This document shows positions 25,548 through 34,285 of a stretch of DNA of 54,466 nucleotides, piece by piece. Position 1 is the stretch's first letter; each line of letters begins with the position of its first letter. A model generated the notes under the pieces. It saw only the letters and a program-made list of their open reading frames with translations. It was not told where the DNA came from and made no database searches. The DNA is from a candidate division WOR-3 bacterium UBA2202 (GTDB lineage: Bacteria; Hydrothermota; 32-111), in the NCBI GenBank assembly GCA_002327905.1, contig DCUY01000105.1:1-54466 (forward strand), in the 5' to 3' direction. The translations under genes and the position numbers were made by a program.

Positions 25548-26498
25548 ATGAAGAAACTTTTGACATTGTTTCTTGTGCTTGGAGTATTGGGGATATACGG
25601 ACAGATAACCGAGGCAGAACTACAGATACAAGCAGATACAACACAAAATGCCGATACAATAATTCAAACTGATACTATCGGTACTGAGAATTTGCAGATT
25701 GAAGGTGATACAGCTTCATCGATTAAAGATTCATTATTTACCGAAGAAAGCAAAAAAGACCAACAAGAGATAATAGAAAAGAAGGAAAGCTCGGTATCAT
25801 GCTGTTTAAGCGGAAAGAATCAGCCAGAACAAAAATCGAAATGGAGTTTTGGAATAGGGTATGTGGGAGAATATAATTATGCGGGCCCGCATTTGATTGC
25901 TAATTATTTGGACAGAGTTGAATGGATTGGAGAATTGAATTTATATCAGCTATTGACATTATTCAATTATTGGATGAATGGTGCTGAAATGTATATAAAA
26001 TATTTAAATTTAAACAAATTAATCTTAATCAATTCATTAAGCTATGCATATACAGAAAGAACTCATTGTTCAATTATGACAGACTATGTCATTCTTGATG
26101 ATTCAACTTTAGCAGCAAATTATGATATTTATAATATAAAGAAAATTTTTACTAGTTTTTTATTTTCTAAAAATAACTTTGTTTTTGGTGGGCCTTGTAT
26201 TGAAATAACAGATGTAGCTGGATTAGAAACTCTATATAAACGAAAGGATGAAAAATGGCAAAAAGATAGCACAGAAGTTCGAAGGGTTGGATTAGGACTG
26301 GGAGTTGATTTCAGAATTATATATAATTCATTACAAATGTATAATATAAAATTGCCAACATTATGGTTTGGAATAAAAGTAGGTCAAACGCTTGAGGTGT
26401 GGAACAACTCGCCATGGAAGGAAGTTTGGTGTGATAGTAAACTCATAGTTGGTTTCACAGGTATTAATTTCGGGCTTCAAGTAAATTGGGGAAAATAA
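25548..26498 (+). CDS. cassette protein A2: secreted protein, predicted outer-membrane beta-barrel (paralog of A1)
   Basis: The first ~107 aa are nearly identical to A1, the centre is divergent, and the C-terminus is conserved (EVWNNSPWKEVW...GINFGLQVNWGK). Confidence 0.55.
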   Translation: MKKLLTLFLVLGVLGIYGQITEAELQIQADTTQNADTIIQTDTIGTENLQIEGDTASSIKDSLFTEESKKDQQEIIEKKESSVSCCLSGKNQPEQKSKWSFGIGYVGEYNYAGPHLIANYLDRVEWIGELNLYQLLTLFNYWMNGAEMYIKYLNLNKLILINSLSYAYTERTHCSIMTDYVILDDSTLAANYDIYNIKKIFTSFLFSKNNFVFGGPCIEITDVAGLETLYKRKDEKWQKDSTEVRRVGLGLGVDFRIIYNSLQMYNIKLPTLWFGIKVGQTLEVWNNSPWKEVWCDSKLIVGFTGINFGLQVNWGK

Positions 26499-26499
26499 A

Positions 26500-26964
26500 A
26501 TGAAAAATATATTTATTATGATTATTGTATTGCATATTTCGTTATTAGTTTCATCTGATAATATAGCTCAAATCTATGTTCATGGAACAAAGTCTGAGGC
26601 AATACCTTTGCTTAGGTTTTTTGATTTAACAAAACTCAAAGTAGTTTTAGCCGGTGGTTGGACTACTTGGTACCCAATGGATCCAATAGATTCTTCTCTA
26701 CTTTTTCCAACAGCAATGACACGAATAGTAGAAGAAGGCTATGCCGGTTATAAATATGGAAAAACAATAGATGGCGAAGATGCTGTGATGTGTGATAAGA
26801 ATACAGAATTAATGATTACGAATTATCCAAAATCGGTTTACAATTTTTCATATTATAGACAAGATGGAGGACAGGGAGTAATTGGAAGCAATGGACGACT
26901 TGAGGGTATGGTTCAAAAGAATGTTCGAATAAAATCCGCAGTTAGATTGCTTGACAACTCATGA
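26500..26964 (+). CDS. cassette protein B2: small secreted protein (paralog of B1)
   Basis: 154 aa. Starts 1 nt after the A2 stop and carries the same motifs as B1. Confidence 0.6.
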   Translation: MKNIFIMIIVLHISLLVSSDNIAQIYVHGTKSEAIPLLRFFDLTKLKVVLAGGWTTWYPMDPIDSSLLFPTAMTRIVEEGYAGYKYGKTIDGEDAVMCDKNTELMITNYPKSVYNFSYYRQDGGQGVIGSNGRLEGMVQKNVRIKSAVRLLDNS

Positions 26965-26978
26965 CAAAGTGCTAATAT
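26951..26978 (+). promoter_or_regulatory. candidate promoter of cassette unit 3, overlapping the B2 3' end
   Basis: TTGACA 26951-26956, 16-nt spacer, TAATAT 26973-26978. GGAGG precedes the ATG at 27003. Confidence 0.45.
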
Positions 26979-27002
26979 TGGATATTATAAAATGGAGGCA
27001 GG

Positions 27003-27965
27003 ATGAAGAGACTTTTGACATTGTTTCTTGTGATTGGAGTATTGGGGATATACGGACAGACAACAGAGGGTGATGATGAAATAATTCCAGATTCAATAAA
27101 AGCGGAAACCAAAATTATACCAGAATCTAAGGTTTTCATAAATGACAATAACAAATTAACGGATAAAAATGTCAGCAACAAGGAGACAAAAACGTATTGC
27201 TGTTTTCAAGGAATATTAGCTCCTGTATTTAAACAATATGAAAATGACACATTGAAATCAACAAATGACGAAGTTTATTGCTGTTGCATGATTGATTTGA
27301 GGGGATTTCAGAAAGAAAATTGTCAGGATTCTTCAGCATATAGCATTGGATATACTTTAAATGTTTATCCTAGGGTTTTTTATTCACCGTACGACGGTCA
27401 AACATTCTTAGGAGCAGGTCAAGACGGATACCTTCGAGCCGGTAACCCTCTTTGTTTGTTTCATAAGATTGAGATATGTCATAACATAAATTTACTAAAT
27501 AAAATACCATTTAAAATAGGATATAATTATGAGTATTCAAATTCAATTGATAAAGTAGCAGATGTGTATGTGAAATCATCAAATATAGAATATTCCTTGC
27601 GTTATTATAACGGATTGAACCTATTTACATTTCATTCTTTAGGTATAAATATGTATAAAGAAAGCGGCTGTTTTAGAATGGGGTTGTCTAATGGGATTAC
27701 ATATATGAAACAAGAATTTTATGCTGTGTATTTAGGTGATGATGAATGGTATAACATTGATGTAAATAGGTTGCATTATCAAATCGGTGTAAATGCAGGG
27801 ATTAATTATACAGTATCAAATCATGTAACACTCAGTTTTGGTATGGAGTATAAAAGATATTTTCAAATGACATCATATGTTAACTATCCAGATATAATTT
27901 ATGAAGTAAATAAAATAAATCTGGGTATAGTTACGCATTTTATAACACTCATCTTCAATTTTTAG
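27003..27965 (+). CDS. cassette protein A3: divergent paralog of A1/A2, predicted outer-membrane beta-barrel
   Basis: Identical signal peptide MKRLLTLFLVIGVLGIYGQ, CC/CCC motifs, beta-like alternation (YQIGVNAGINYTV, VTLSFGMEYKRYF), and a terminal Phe (..ITLIFNF). Confidence 0.5.
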   Translation: MKRLLTLFLVIGVLGIYGQTTEGDDEIIPDSIKAETKIIPESKVFINDNNKLTDKNVSNKETKTYCCFQGILAPVFKQYENDTLKSTNDEVYCCCMIDLRGFQKENCQDSSAYSIGYTLNVYPRVFYSPYDGQTFLGAGQDGYLRAGNPLCLFHKIEICHNINLLNKIPFKIGYNYEYSNSIDKVADVYVKSSNIEYSLRYYNGLNLFTFHSLGINMYKESGCFRMGLSNGITYMKQEFYAVYLGDDEWYNIDVNRLHYQIGVNAGINYTVSNHVTLSFGMEYKRYFQMTSYVNYPDIIYEVNKINLGIVTHFITLIFNF

Positions 27966-27973
27966 GAGAAAAC

Positions 27974-30900
27974 ATGAAAAGAGTATCATTTTACATATTC
28001 ATACTTTATTCTATTAACTTGCTTTCAACCCCAACAATATTTATAACAGGAATAAAGTCCGAGGGTGTAGACACAATGGGATTCAAAACGTGGAATGATA
28101 TCGAAAAAGAGAATCCGGATGATCCCGTTTACTACTCCTGCATGCATCAAGTAGCTGGTTATAAGGGCTATCAATTATCTCCCGTATTAGATTGTAATAA
28201 GTATGTTGTCTTACCTTCAGGCTTGGATGAAAACACGATGTTTAATTTTTCATATTATGACATTTCAAGTTCAATATCTGGAGTAATTTCAATTTCTGCA
28301 GATAGTGTACGGGTCTATTTTAAAAACTACACTTGCAGTGCGGGAGCGGCTACTTTTGTTTTCATGCCTTTTATGGATGAATATCCAATAGAGGATTATG
28401 ATTCGGTAAAATATGTACCAAAATATTTACCAGATTTACATCTAATGACATATCAAACTTTGTATGGTGTTAAGGACGGATATTATTTAGGAGATTACGG
28501 TAAAAATTATATTGATCATTGGAAGAGAAATCGCTATGCAGAGCATTTGTGTAAATTTATAGATAAAGTGTTAGCATCAACGGGAGCGAGTAAAGTTAAT
28601 CTTGTGTGTCATTCAATGGGTGGTTTGGTTGCAAGAGCGGCTCTAATTGGATATGGATATTCATCAAAAGTATATAAGATAATAACTGCAGGTACTCCTC
28701 ACCAATCGTTGGAAGGTGATGCCGGGGAATTGTTTTATAGAGTATCTATGGAACCACAAGGTTGGCAAAAATCGGGAGAATTGATGGAGTTAGATGTAGA
28801 ATGCGATTATACATATGGTGATATTAAGTTCTACGATTTAGAAACAGGAGAGAGAAAAGATTTTGCAGATATGCTTGGTTATGATGTAAATCCAACAAGG
28901 ATAGTTTGCATTTCAGGTGATAGAAATGCTGGATTAGGAGGAACATTATACTCTAACGAGCCAAATGATGGACTTATTTTTAATAGCATTTCTACACTCA
29001 AACCTTCAAGCCTTGCAGATTACAATCCGATTATATATGCCAGTCATTCTATGTCTGGAGATATATTGAGTTTCAACAATTTAGGACAACTTGAATTATC
29101 ATTAACTCATTGCACCTATGTTACAGAATTTATAAAAAAATGGCTTATTGATGATACCATCATTGAATTTACTGGAACTGCTGAAGATTTAGATGCTAAA
29201 TTTTATGTAGTTACTGACGAAGCAGGCAATAAAACATCTCGTTCGGTTAGAGTGCAAATTGAAAATAACGGAACATCCAATATTAATTATGGAGATTTTT
29301 TGTCGTTATTAGCTTATCCCATAGAGAAAATTGTAATAAGTGGTGATACCAACGAGATAAGCCCATATGTTGGAATATCATTATCTAATGCATATGACAA
29401 TAGAAGAATTATAGGTAACCCGATGGGAAGTCCAATCTTTATGATGAATTGTGAATATAATAACACTACATTTGATTTAACAGATGAATATCGTTCAGCA
29501 ATTTATTTATATGATATGAAAGGATTGATAACAACCGATAAAATCTACAACTATGCTCCTTTTGACAACTGGGGAGATGCAATAGCACCATATGTTGATT
29601 TGTTTCCCGGCGTTGTAGATCTTGCACTTGCTACAGCATTAACCACATATAATATTAATTGGATATCAAATGATATATCCGTAAGGAATAGATTGTGGTA
29701 TATAAGAGCTGGGAGTTTGGAGATAATAGACAGCGTCATACCCGGCTCGGCAATGAGCAAAAGCTTCAGGATACCGCCATTGAGGAGCTCAAAAACAATC
29801 CCTTCTCATCCGTCAACTTATAATCTGATGCAGTTTAATGTAAGATATGAGCTTGATGATAATGGATATTTTTGCCAAAACAGCAAGTGGCTGACTATCA
29901 GCACACCTGACTGGAATCCTGATAATTTGAGATTAGTGTATCAGGATGAGGATTCAATAAAGTTGGCTTGGACAGACAGCTATAACTTAGTTGATAAAAT
30001 TTTTCGAAACGATACAGCAACAGCGAATATGGTAAGAAATGTTAACACATATTCGGATAGGGGTTTTAAAAGAGGAGCGAATAATTACTATGAGGTGCAT
30101 TCGAGATGGGTATATCCGAATGGGGATACTTTAATAAGTGAGAATGACAACAATACACATAGAGAAACCGTGTTTGGAATACCTTGCAATGCGCCTAAAG
30201 CATATCCGATAGCGTGTATCTGGCAACCAAACGATAAGGCATTGATAAAATGGATTGACAATTCAAATCATGAGGAAGGATATAGAATAAAGATAAAGCA
30301 GAACGATACACTTAAAGGAACAAAAGATACAATAATAAATTTGGCCGAAGATCCCGATACATTGGAATGGATGCATCAGACAACGAAAATTGGGCAAATG
30401 AAGTATATCGTATATTCAATGAATAAAGGAGCATTTTCAAAGGATTCGGTGGAATATATCAATTATAGAGGATACGGAACACCGCTTATTTCGATAGATA
30501 GTATTGAACTAAGTAAGGGAACCGTAAGAATAAAAGGAGATACTATATTAACCGGAACGAGAAGAAAACTGAACGGAGATATAATTTCAATAGAAGCGTA
30601 TAAAGAAGGATTTGAAAATAAAATACTAAAGTCGGAATTCATAAAAGATGATAATGCGCAGATAATAGGAATTAAGAACAGCGATATGTATGCGGGAATA
30701 AACGGGTCAAGCACAAATAGAGATTCGATAATCTGGATTTATGTTAAGGAAGGAAATCGTTACACGAAAAAGTACATTGAAGATCTTCTCTATACACCTG
30801 TAGATTTGACTGATCAGAGACCGAAACTTCTCTCTGCGATATATAAGAACAATTACATACATTTGCTTGTGAGTTTTAAGTCAACGAACTCCGCAACAAA

Positions 30901-33900
30901 ATCTGTTTTGGTTTTATTCAGGATTGACAATAACTGCAATTACATAACTTATCACAGTATTCAAAGCTTGAAAGGGATTCTTGATTTTAATGGAACGATA
31001 GAAAGCAAGGGTGCGAATGAGATTGTGATAGGATACAGCGGGAAGGACGAATCAAGCGGTAAAATAACCGGATTAAACATTATTTCGACAGGAACTTCGT
31101 CTTATGCCACAATTACGACATATTCTCCGTATGCTAACACCAGTTTCAACAAGAGCTTTGAAGAAACCTTTGACTTGGAGATGCTGACCGATTCAATTCT
31201 TTACCTGTTAAGCCATAAGGTGGGAACAACCTTTGACACGTTAAAAGCAGTGAAATATGATATGAAAAACAAGATTCAAGCTTCAATAGACTATATAAAT
31301 ATCAGTTCTTCAGCAGTGGCAGATTATTTTCAATTTCCGAGGATAGTTAAGTATAGGGATTATATGGTTGCCAGCTGGTTGAATTATGAGGACAGTGGAT
31401 TTGACAGAATCTATACGAAGAAATATTCATTGACAGAGAAGAGCGGAATAGAGGTTGCAAAAGAGACAAACTGGAATGATACATATGTAAATGATTATCT
31501 AATAGTTAAGAATGAAGCAGATGAAGGATTAGAATTAGTAACAGAAGAGGCACTTTTTTCATATGGTGTAAAAGGGTTAAAGCGAATCGATTACAAACTA
31601 CCGGTAATGAAAATAATAATGAATGATGAATTATCGTGGTATAAAAATGGCACTTTTACAGTGAAAGTGACAGACGGGAATGGATTGAAACTCAGCAATG
31701 CCAAGGTGTCGGTAACAAACGGAGTAGATATAGATTTTGAAGGGACGACTGATGTAAATGGCGAAGTGACGGTTTCGTATTTTACAAGAAGTTCTAATAA
31801 GATAACAATAAAGGCGGTAAAAGCATTTTACGGGGATTGTGTGAAAAAGTTTTTGGTAACAACGAATACGATGGAAGTGAACTGCGTAAAAGAGGTCAGC
31901 GCATTCAAGGATACAACAATAGAGATAGGAGTTTATACATATACAATCGGACTTGAGGAAGTTGTAGCACATAAAGTGGCGGTTCCGTCTGCTGAAGTGA
32001 TATTGAGCAATGGAATAAATATAGAAGATACATCAATAACTGCGGCGAATGGCAAGGTAATGGCTGAAATAAGCGGCAGGGATACGATTGAATGGCTCGG
32101 AAGGGACTGTTATGTGGATTATACAAAGGAAATAGATGTAATAGTTTCAAAAGAGGGATATAAAACAGAGACGGTTAAGATAAAGAAGGAGATGAGAAGC
32201 AACAGCAGTAGCGCTACAGGGTATAATAACAGCAATCATGTGATAAAAAGGGACGAGTTAAATTTATACATGGCTTATGGAGACGGAGACAGCGTAGTGT
32301 TTGGACGGAGCAACAATTTTGGAGAATGGTGGATGCTTGAGAAGGTGGGAGAAGGGAAGAATCCTTCAGTGGCATTTGCAGGAGAAGGCACAGTGGCAAT
32401 GTTGTATACGGGGCTTGACAGTCTCGGATATTATTATACATACACAGAATCGCCTTTTCAGCCGATAGATACAGTGTATCCGACAGTGATAGATTGTGAG
32501 CCGGGAGTAATAGCAGGAAATGTATTGACAGGGAAGGTATATGTGGCTGGAATAATGCATCCTCTTAAGGGGCTGGATTACGGCAATCTTTTATATGCAG
32601 AGTTCATGTTTGACAATCTTGACGGAATAGTGGAGACAACATTAGTGCCTGCAACATTAGAGGAATATACGCCGAAATCTTGGCAGAGCATAGCGACATA
32701 TTATGACAAGTATATGAAGAAGTACTATCCCGTTGTTGTTTATGGAGACATATACGGAGAGATAAACTTGGTTAAGTATGACGGGATAGACGGAATGTGG
32801 ATGCCGCCTGTCGGAGTGACAAGGACAAGCGAGGAATCAAAGGAGAGTTATATATCATCAAACGGCGAGAAGACTGCAGTAATATGGAGCGAGGAAAGGA
32901 CCATCGGCTCAAATACTTGGGATATATGGCTTAACGGAGAGTTGTATAAGACAAGCGGAGCAGAGAGCTATACTGAACCGAAGATAAAGGCAGGAAATTA
33001 TGTTGCGTATAATGAGAGCAAAGAAAGAATAGGTCTTGACCTGTATGGGTTGAATTACATTGGAGCGGACATAAGGACATCAGCCGAAGACAGTGTTTAC
33101 TATCCTGATTTTGAATTTAAGACAGAATACAATAGAACCGGACTTGAATTGAATCATACAATGTATCTGGTGTGGACGGAGAAGACTGGAAGCGCATATA
33201 CAGTTAAGGATACGATAATAGAGGTAAAGACAAGCGGAGATTTGCAGGCATTTATTGCGGGTGAGTTTACAGATACGATAACTGAATTGGCTGATTCACC
33301 GTTACGAGATATAATCAATAACGGAAGGGAGAAGATAGAGAGGCTGTACATGGAAATAGGCGAGATAGAGTCGGATAAGGAATACAAACTGACAGTGACC
33401 ACAACCAACCCGAACAAGAACTATCCTTATCTTTTGATGATAGACGGAATAGCTGTTGATACGATAGAAAAAGAGGATGAGACGACAGAGGTTTATCTGA
33501 CAGAAGATATGAAGTCGGACAACACGATATTGATAACACTTGACAGGGTAAAGGGAAACCCGAACAGAGTTGCAAAGATGGAGATACGGAAGTATGATGA
33601 AGTGACAAATGTATCAATACTCGGAAGCGCCATAGTTAAAATGATTACAGAGAAGAAGGGAATAAAAGAGCATGTGAAGATAAAGACAATGAGCAAGGGA
33701 CTGATAGAGATGACAATAGAAGGAGACTGCGGCGGGAATCTTGAGATGGAGATATATGATGTCGCTGGCAGAAGGACAATGAAAGAGACTTTTAAAAATC
33801 TAAAAAACGGATATAATGAGATAATCTTAAATGCGAATGAACTGTCAGGCGGAGTCTATTTCTACAGATTGAATACAAGATCAAACCAATACAAAGGAAA

Positions 33901-33919
33901 GATTGTATTGATTAAATAA
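27974..33919 (+). CDS. 1981-aa multidomain T9SS cargo: B-like N-terminal module, lipase-type alpha/beta hydrolase, FN3/Ig-like repeats, C-terminal sorting domain
   Basis: N-terminal ~120 aa align to B1/B2. Nucleophile elbow VNLVCHSMGGLVARAAL (Ser214, codon 28613-28615). FN3-like segments (PDNLRLVYQDEDSIKLAWTD), Ig/CRD-like segments (VKVTDGNGLKLSNAKVSVTNG..TTDVNGEVTV), and a Por-type tail. Confidence 0.7.
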   Translation: MKRVSFYIFILYSINLLSTPTIFITGIKSEGVDTMGFKTWNDIEKENPDDPVYYSCMHQVAGYKGYQLSPVLDCNKYVVLPSGLDENTMFNFSYYDISSSISGVISISADSVRVYFKNYTCSAGAATFVFMPFMDEYPIEDYDSVKYVPKYLPDLHLMTYQTLYGVKDGYYLGDYGKNYIDHWKRNRYAEHLCKFIDKVLASTGASKVNLVCHSMGGLVARAALIGYGYSSKVYKIITAGTPHQSLEGDAGELFYRVSMEPQGWQKSGELMELDVECDYTYGDIKFYDLETGERKDFADMLGYDVNPTRIVCISGDRNAGLGGTLYSNEPNDGLIFNSISTLKPSSLADYNPIIYASHSMSGDILSFNNLGQLELSLTHCTYVTEFIKKWLIDDTIIEFTGTAEDLDAKFYVVTDEAGNKTSRSVRVQIENNGTSNINYGDFLSLLAYPIEKIVISGDTNEISPYVGISLSNAYDNRRIIGNPMGSPIFMMNCEYNNTTFDLTDEYRSAIYLYDMKGLITTDKIYNYAPFDNWGDAIAPYVDLFPGVVDLALATALTTYNINWISNDISVRNRLWYIRAGSLEIIDSVIPGSAMSKSFRIPPLRSSKTIPSHPSTYNLMQFNVRYELDDNGYFCQNSKWLTISTPDWNPDNLRLVYQDEDSIKLAWTDSYNLVDKIFRNDTATANMVRNVNTYSDRGFKRGANNYYEVHSRWVYPNGDTLISENDNNTHRETVFGIPCNAPKAYPIACIWQPNDKALIKWIDNSNHEEGYRIKIKQNDTLKGTKDTIINLAEDPDTLEWMHQTTKIGQMKYIVYSMNKGAFSKDSVEYINYRGYGTPLISIDSIELSKGTVRIKGDTILTGTRRKLNGDIISIEAYKEGFENKILKSEFIKDDNAQIIGIKNSDMYAGINGSSTNRDSIIWIYVKEGNRYTKKYIEDLLYTPVDLTDQRPKLLSAIYKNNYIHLLVSFKSTNSATKSVLVLFRIDNNCNYITYHSIQSLKGILDFNGTIESKGANEIVIGYSGKDESSGKITGLNIISTGTSSYATITTYSPYANTSFNKSFEETFDLEMLTDSILYLLSHKVGTTFDTLKAVKYDMKNKIQASIDYINISSSAVADYFQFPRIVKYRDYMVASWLNYEDSGFDRIYTKKYSLTEKSGIEVAKETNWNDTYVNDYLIVKNEADEGLELVTEEALFSYGVKGLKRIDYKLPVMKIIMNDELSWYKNGTFTVKVTDGNGLKLSNAKVSVTNGVDIDFEGTTDVNGEVTVSYFTRSSNKITIKAVKAFYGDCVKKFLVTTNTMEVNCVKEVSAFKDTTIEIGVYTYTIGLEEVVAHKVAVPSAEVILSNGINIEDTSITAANGKVMAEISGRDTIEWLGRDCYVDYTKEIDVIVSKEGYKTETVKIKKEMRSNSSSATGYNNSNHVIKRDELNLYMAYGDGDSVVFGRSNNFGEWWMLEKVGEGKNPSVAFAGEGTVAMLYTGLDSLGYYYTYTESPFQPIDTVYPTVIDCEPGVIAGNVLTGKVYVAGIMHPLKGLDYGNLLYAEFMFDNLDGIVETTLVPATLEEYTPKSWQSIATYYDKYMKKYYPVVVYGDIYGEINLVKYDGIDGMWMPPVGVTRTSEESKESYISSNGEKTAVIWSEERTIGSNTWDIWLNGELYKTSGAESYTEPKIKAGNYVAYNESKERIGLDLYGLNYIGADIRTSAEDSVYYPDFEFKTEYNRTGLELNHTMYLVWTEKTGSAYTVKDTIIEVKTSGDLQAFIAGEFTDTITELADSPLRDIINNGREKIERLYMEIGEIESDKEYKLTVTTTNPNKNYPYLLMIDGIAVDTIEKEDETTEVYLTEDMKSDNTILITLDRVKGNPNRVAKMEIRKYDEVTNVSILGSAIVKMITEKKGIKEHVKIKTMSKGLIEMTIEGDCGGNLEMEIYDVAGRRTMKETFKNLKNGYNEIILNANELSGGVYFYRLNTRSNQYKGKIVLIK
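33701..33916 (+). other. type-A T9SS (Por) C-terminal sorting domain of the 1981-aa protein
   Basis: LEMEIYDVAGRRT....LSGGVYFYRLNTRSNQYKGKIVLIK. Confidence 0.65.
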
Positions 33920-33973
33920 ACATATTAATTAATCTGTCTGTTTTTGGGAATTAACAAATATGATTACTTTAAC

Positions 33974-34002
33974 TTGACAAAACCTATTTTTTATAATATA
34001 AT
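33974..34002 (+). promoter_or_regulatory. candidate consensus promoter for rpmB
   Basis: TTGACA 33974-33979, 17-nt spacer, TATAAT 33997-34002. TAGGAG precedes the ATG at 34034. Confidence 0.5.
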
Positions 34003-34033
34003 AATGAACTTAATTTAAGCATAGGAGTAACTT

Positions 34034-34225
34034 ATGGCAAACAAGTGTGAAATATGCGGAAAGAAGCCTCAATTCGGCTCGACAGTTTCGCATGCGCACA
34101 ATGTGACAAAAAAAACCAGAATGCCCAACCTTAGAAGAGTTAAGGCGGAAGTCGAAAAACAGACGAAGTATATATATGTCTGTTCAAGATGCATTCGTTC
34201 TGGAAAAGTTAAAAAGTCCGTTTAA
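34034..34225 (+). CDS. rpmB: 50S ribosomal protein L28
   Basis: 63 aa, MANKCEICGKKPQFGSTVSHAHNVTKKTRMPNLRRV: the bacterial L28 pattern. Confidence 0.9.
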   Translation: MANKCEICGKKPQFGSTVSHAHNVTKKTRMPNLRRVKAEVEKQTKYIYVCSRCIRSGKVKKSV

Positions 34226-34285
34226 CTATTGACACTTAAAGTATTATGAATTATATTTATCCTAAAGTTATTTAGGAGAAAAATA

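Larger units (their letters stand above)
25531..26985 (+). repeat. tandem cassette unit 2 (A2+B2), ~1.46 kb
   Basis: See unit 1. Start-to-start spacing is 1420 nt (A1 to A2) and 1455 nt (A2 to A3). Confidence 0.8.

Noticed and set aside
34256-34285. Small hairpin CCTAAA-GTTA-TTTAGG overlapping the SD of the PorV-like gene, as a possible translational regulator
   Set aside because: It is only a 6-bp AT-rich stem, expected by chance in AT-rich intergenic DNA, with no supporting conservation information.
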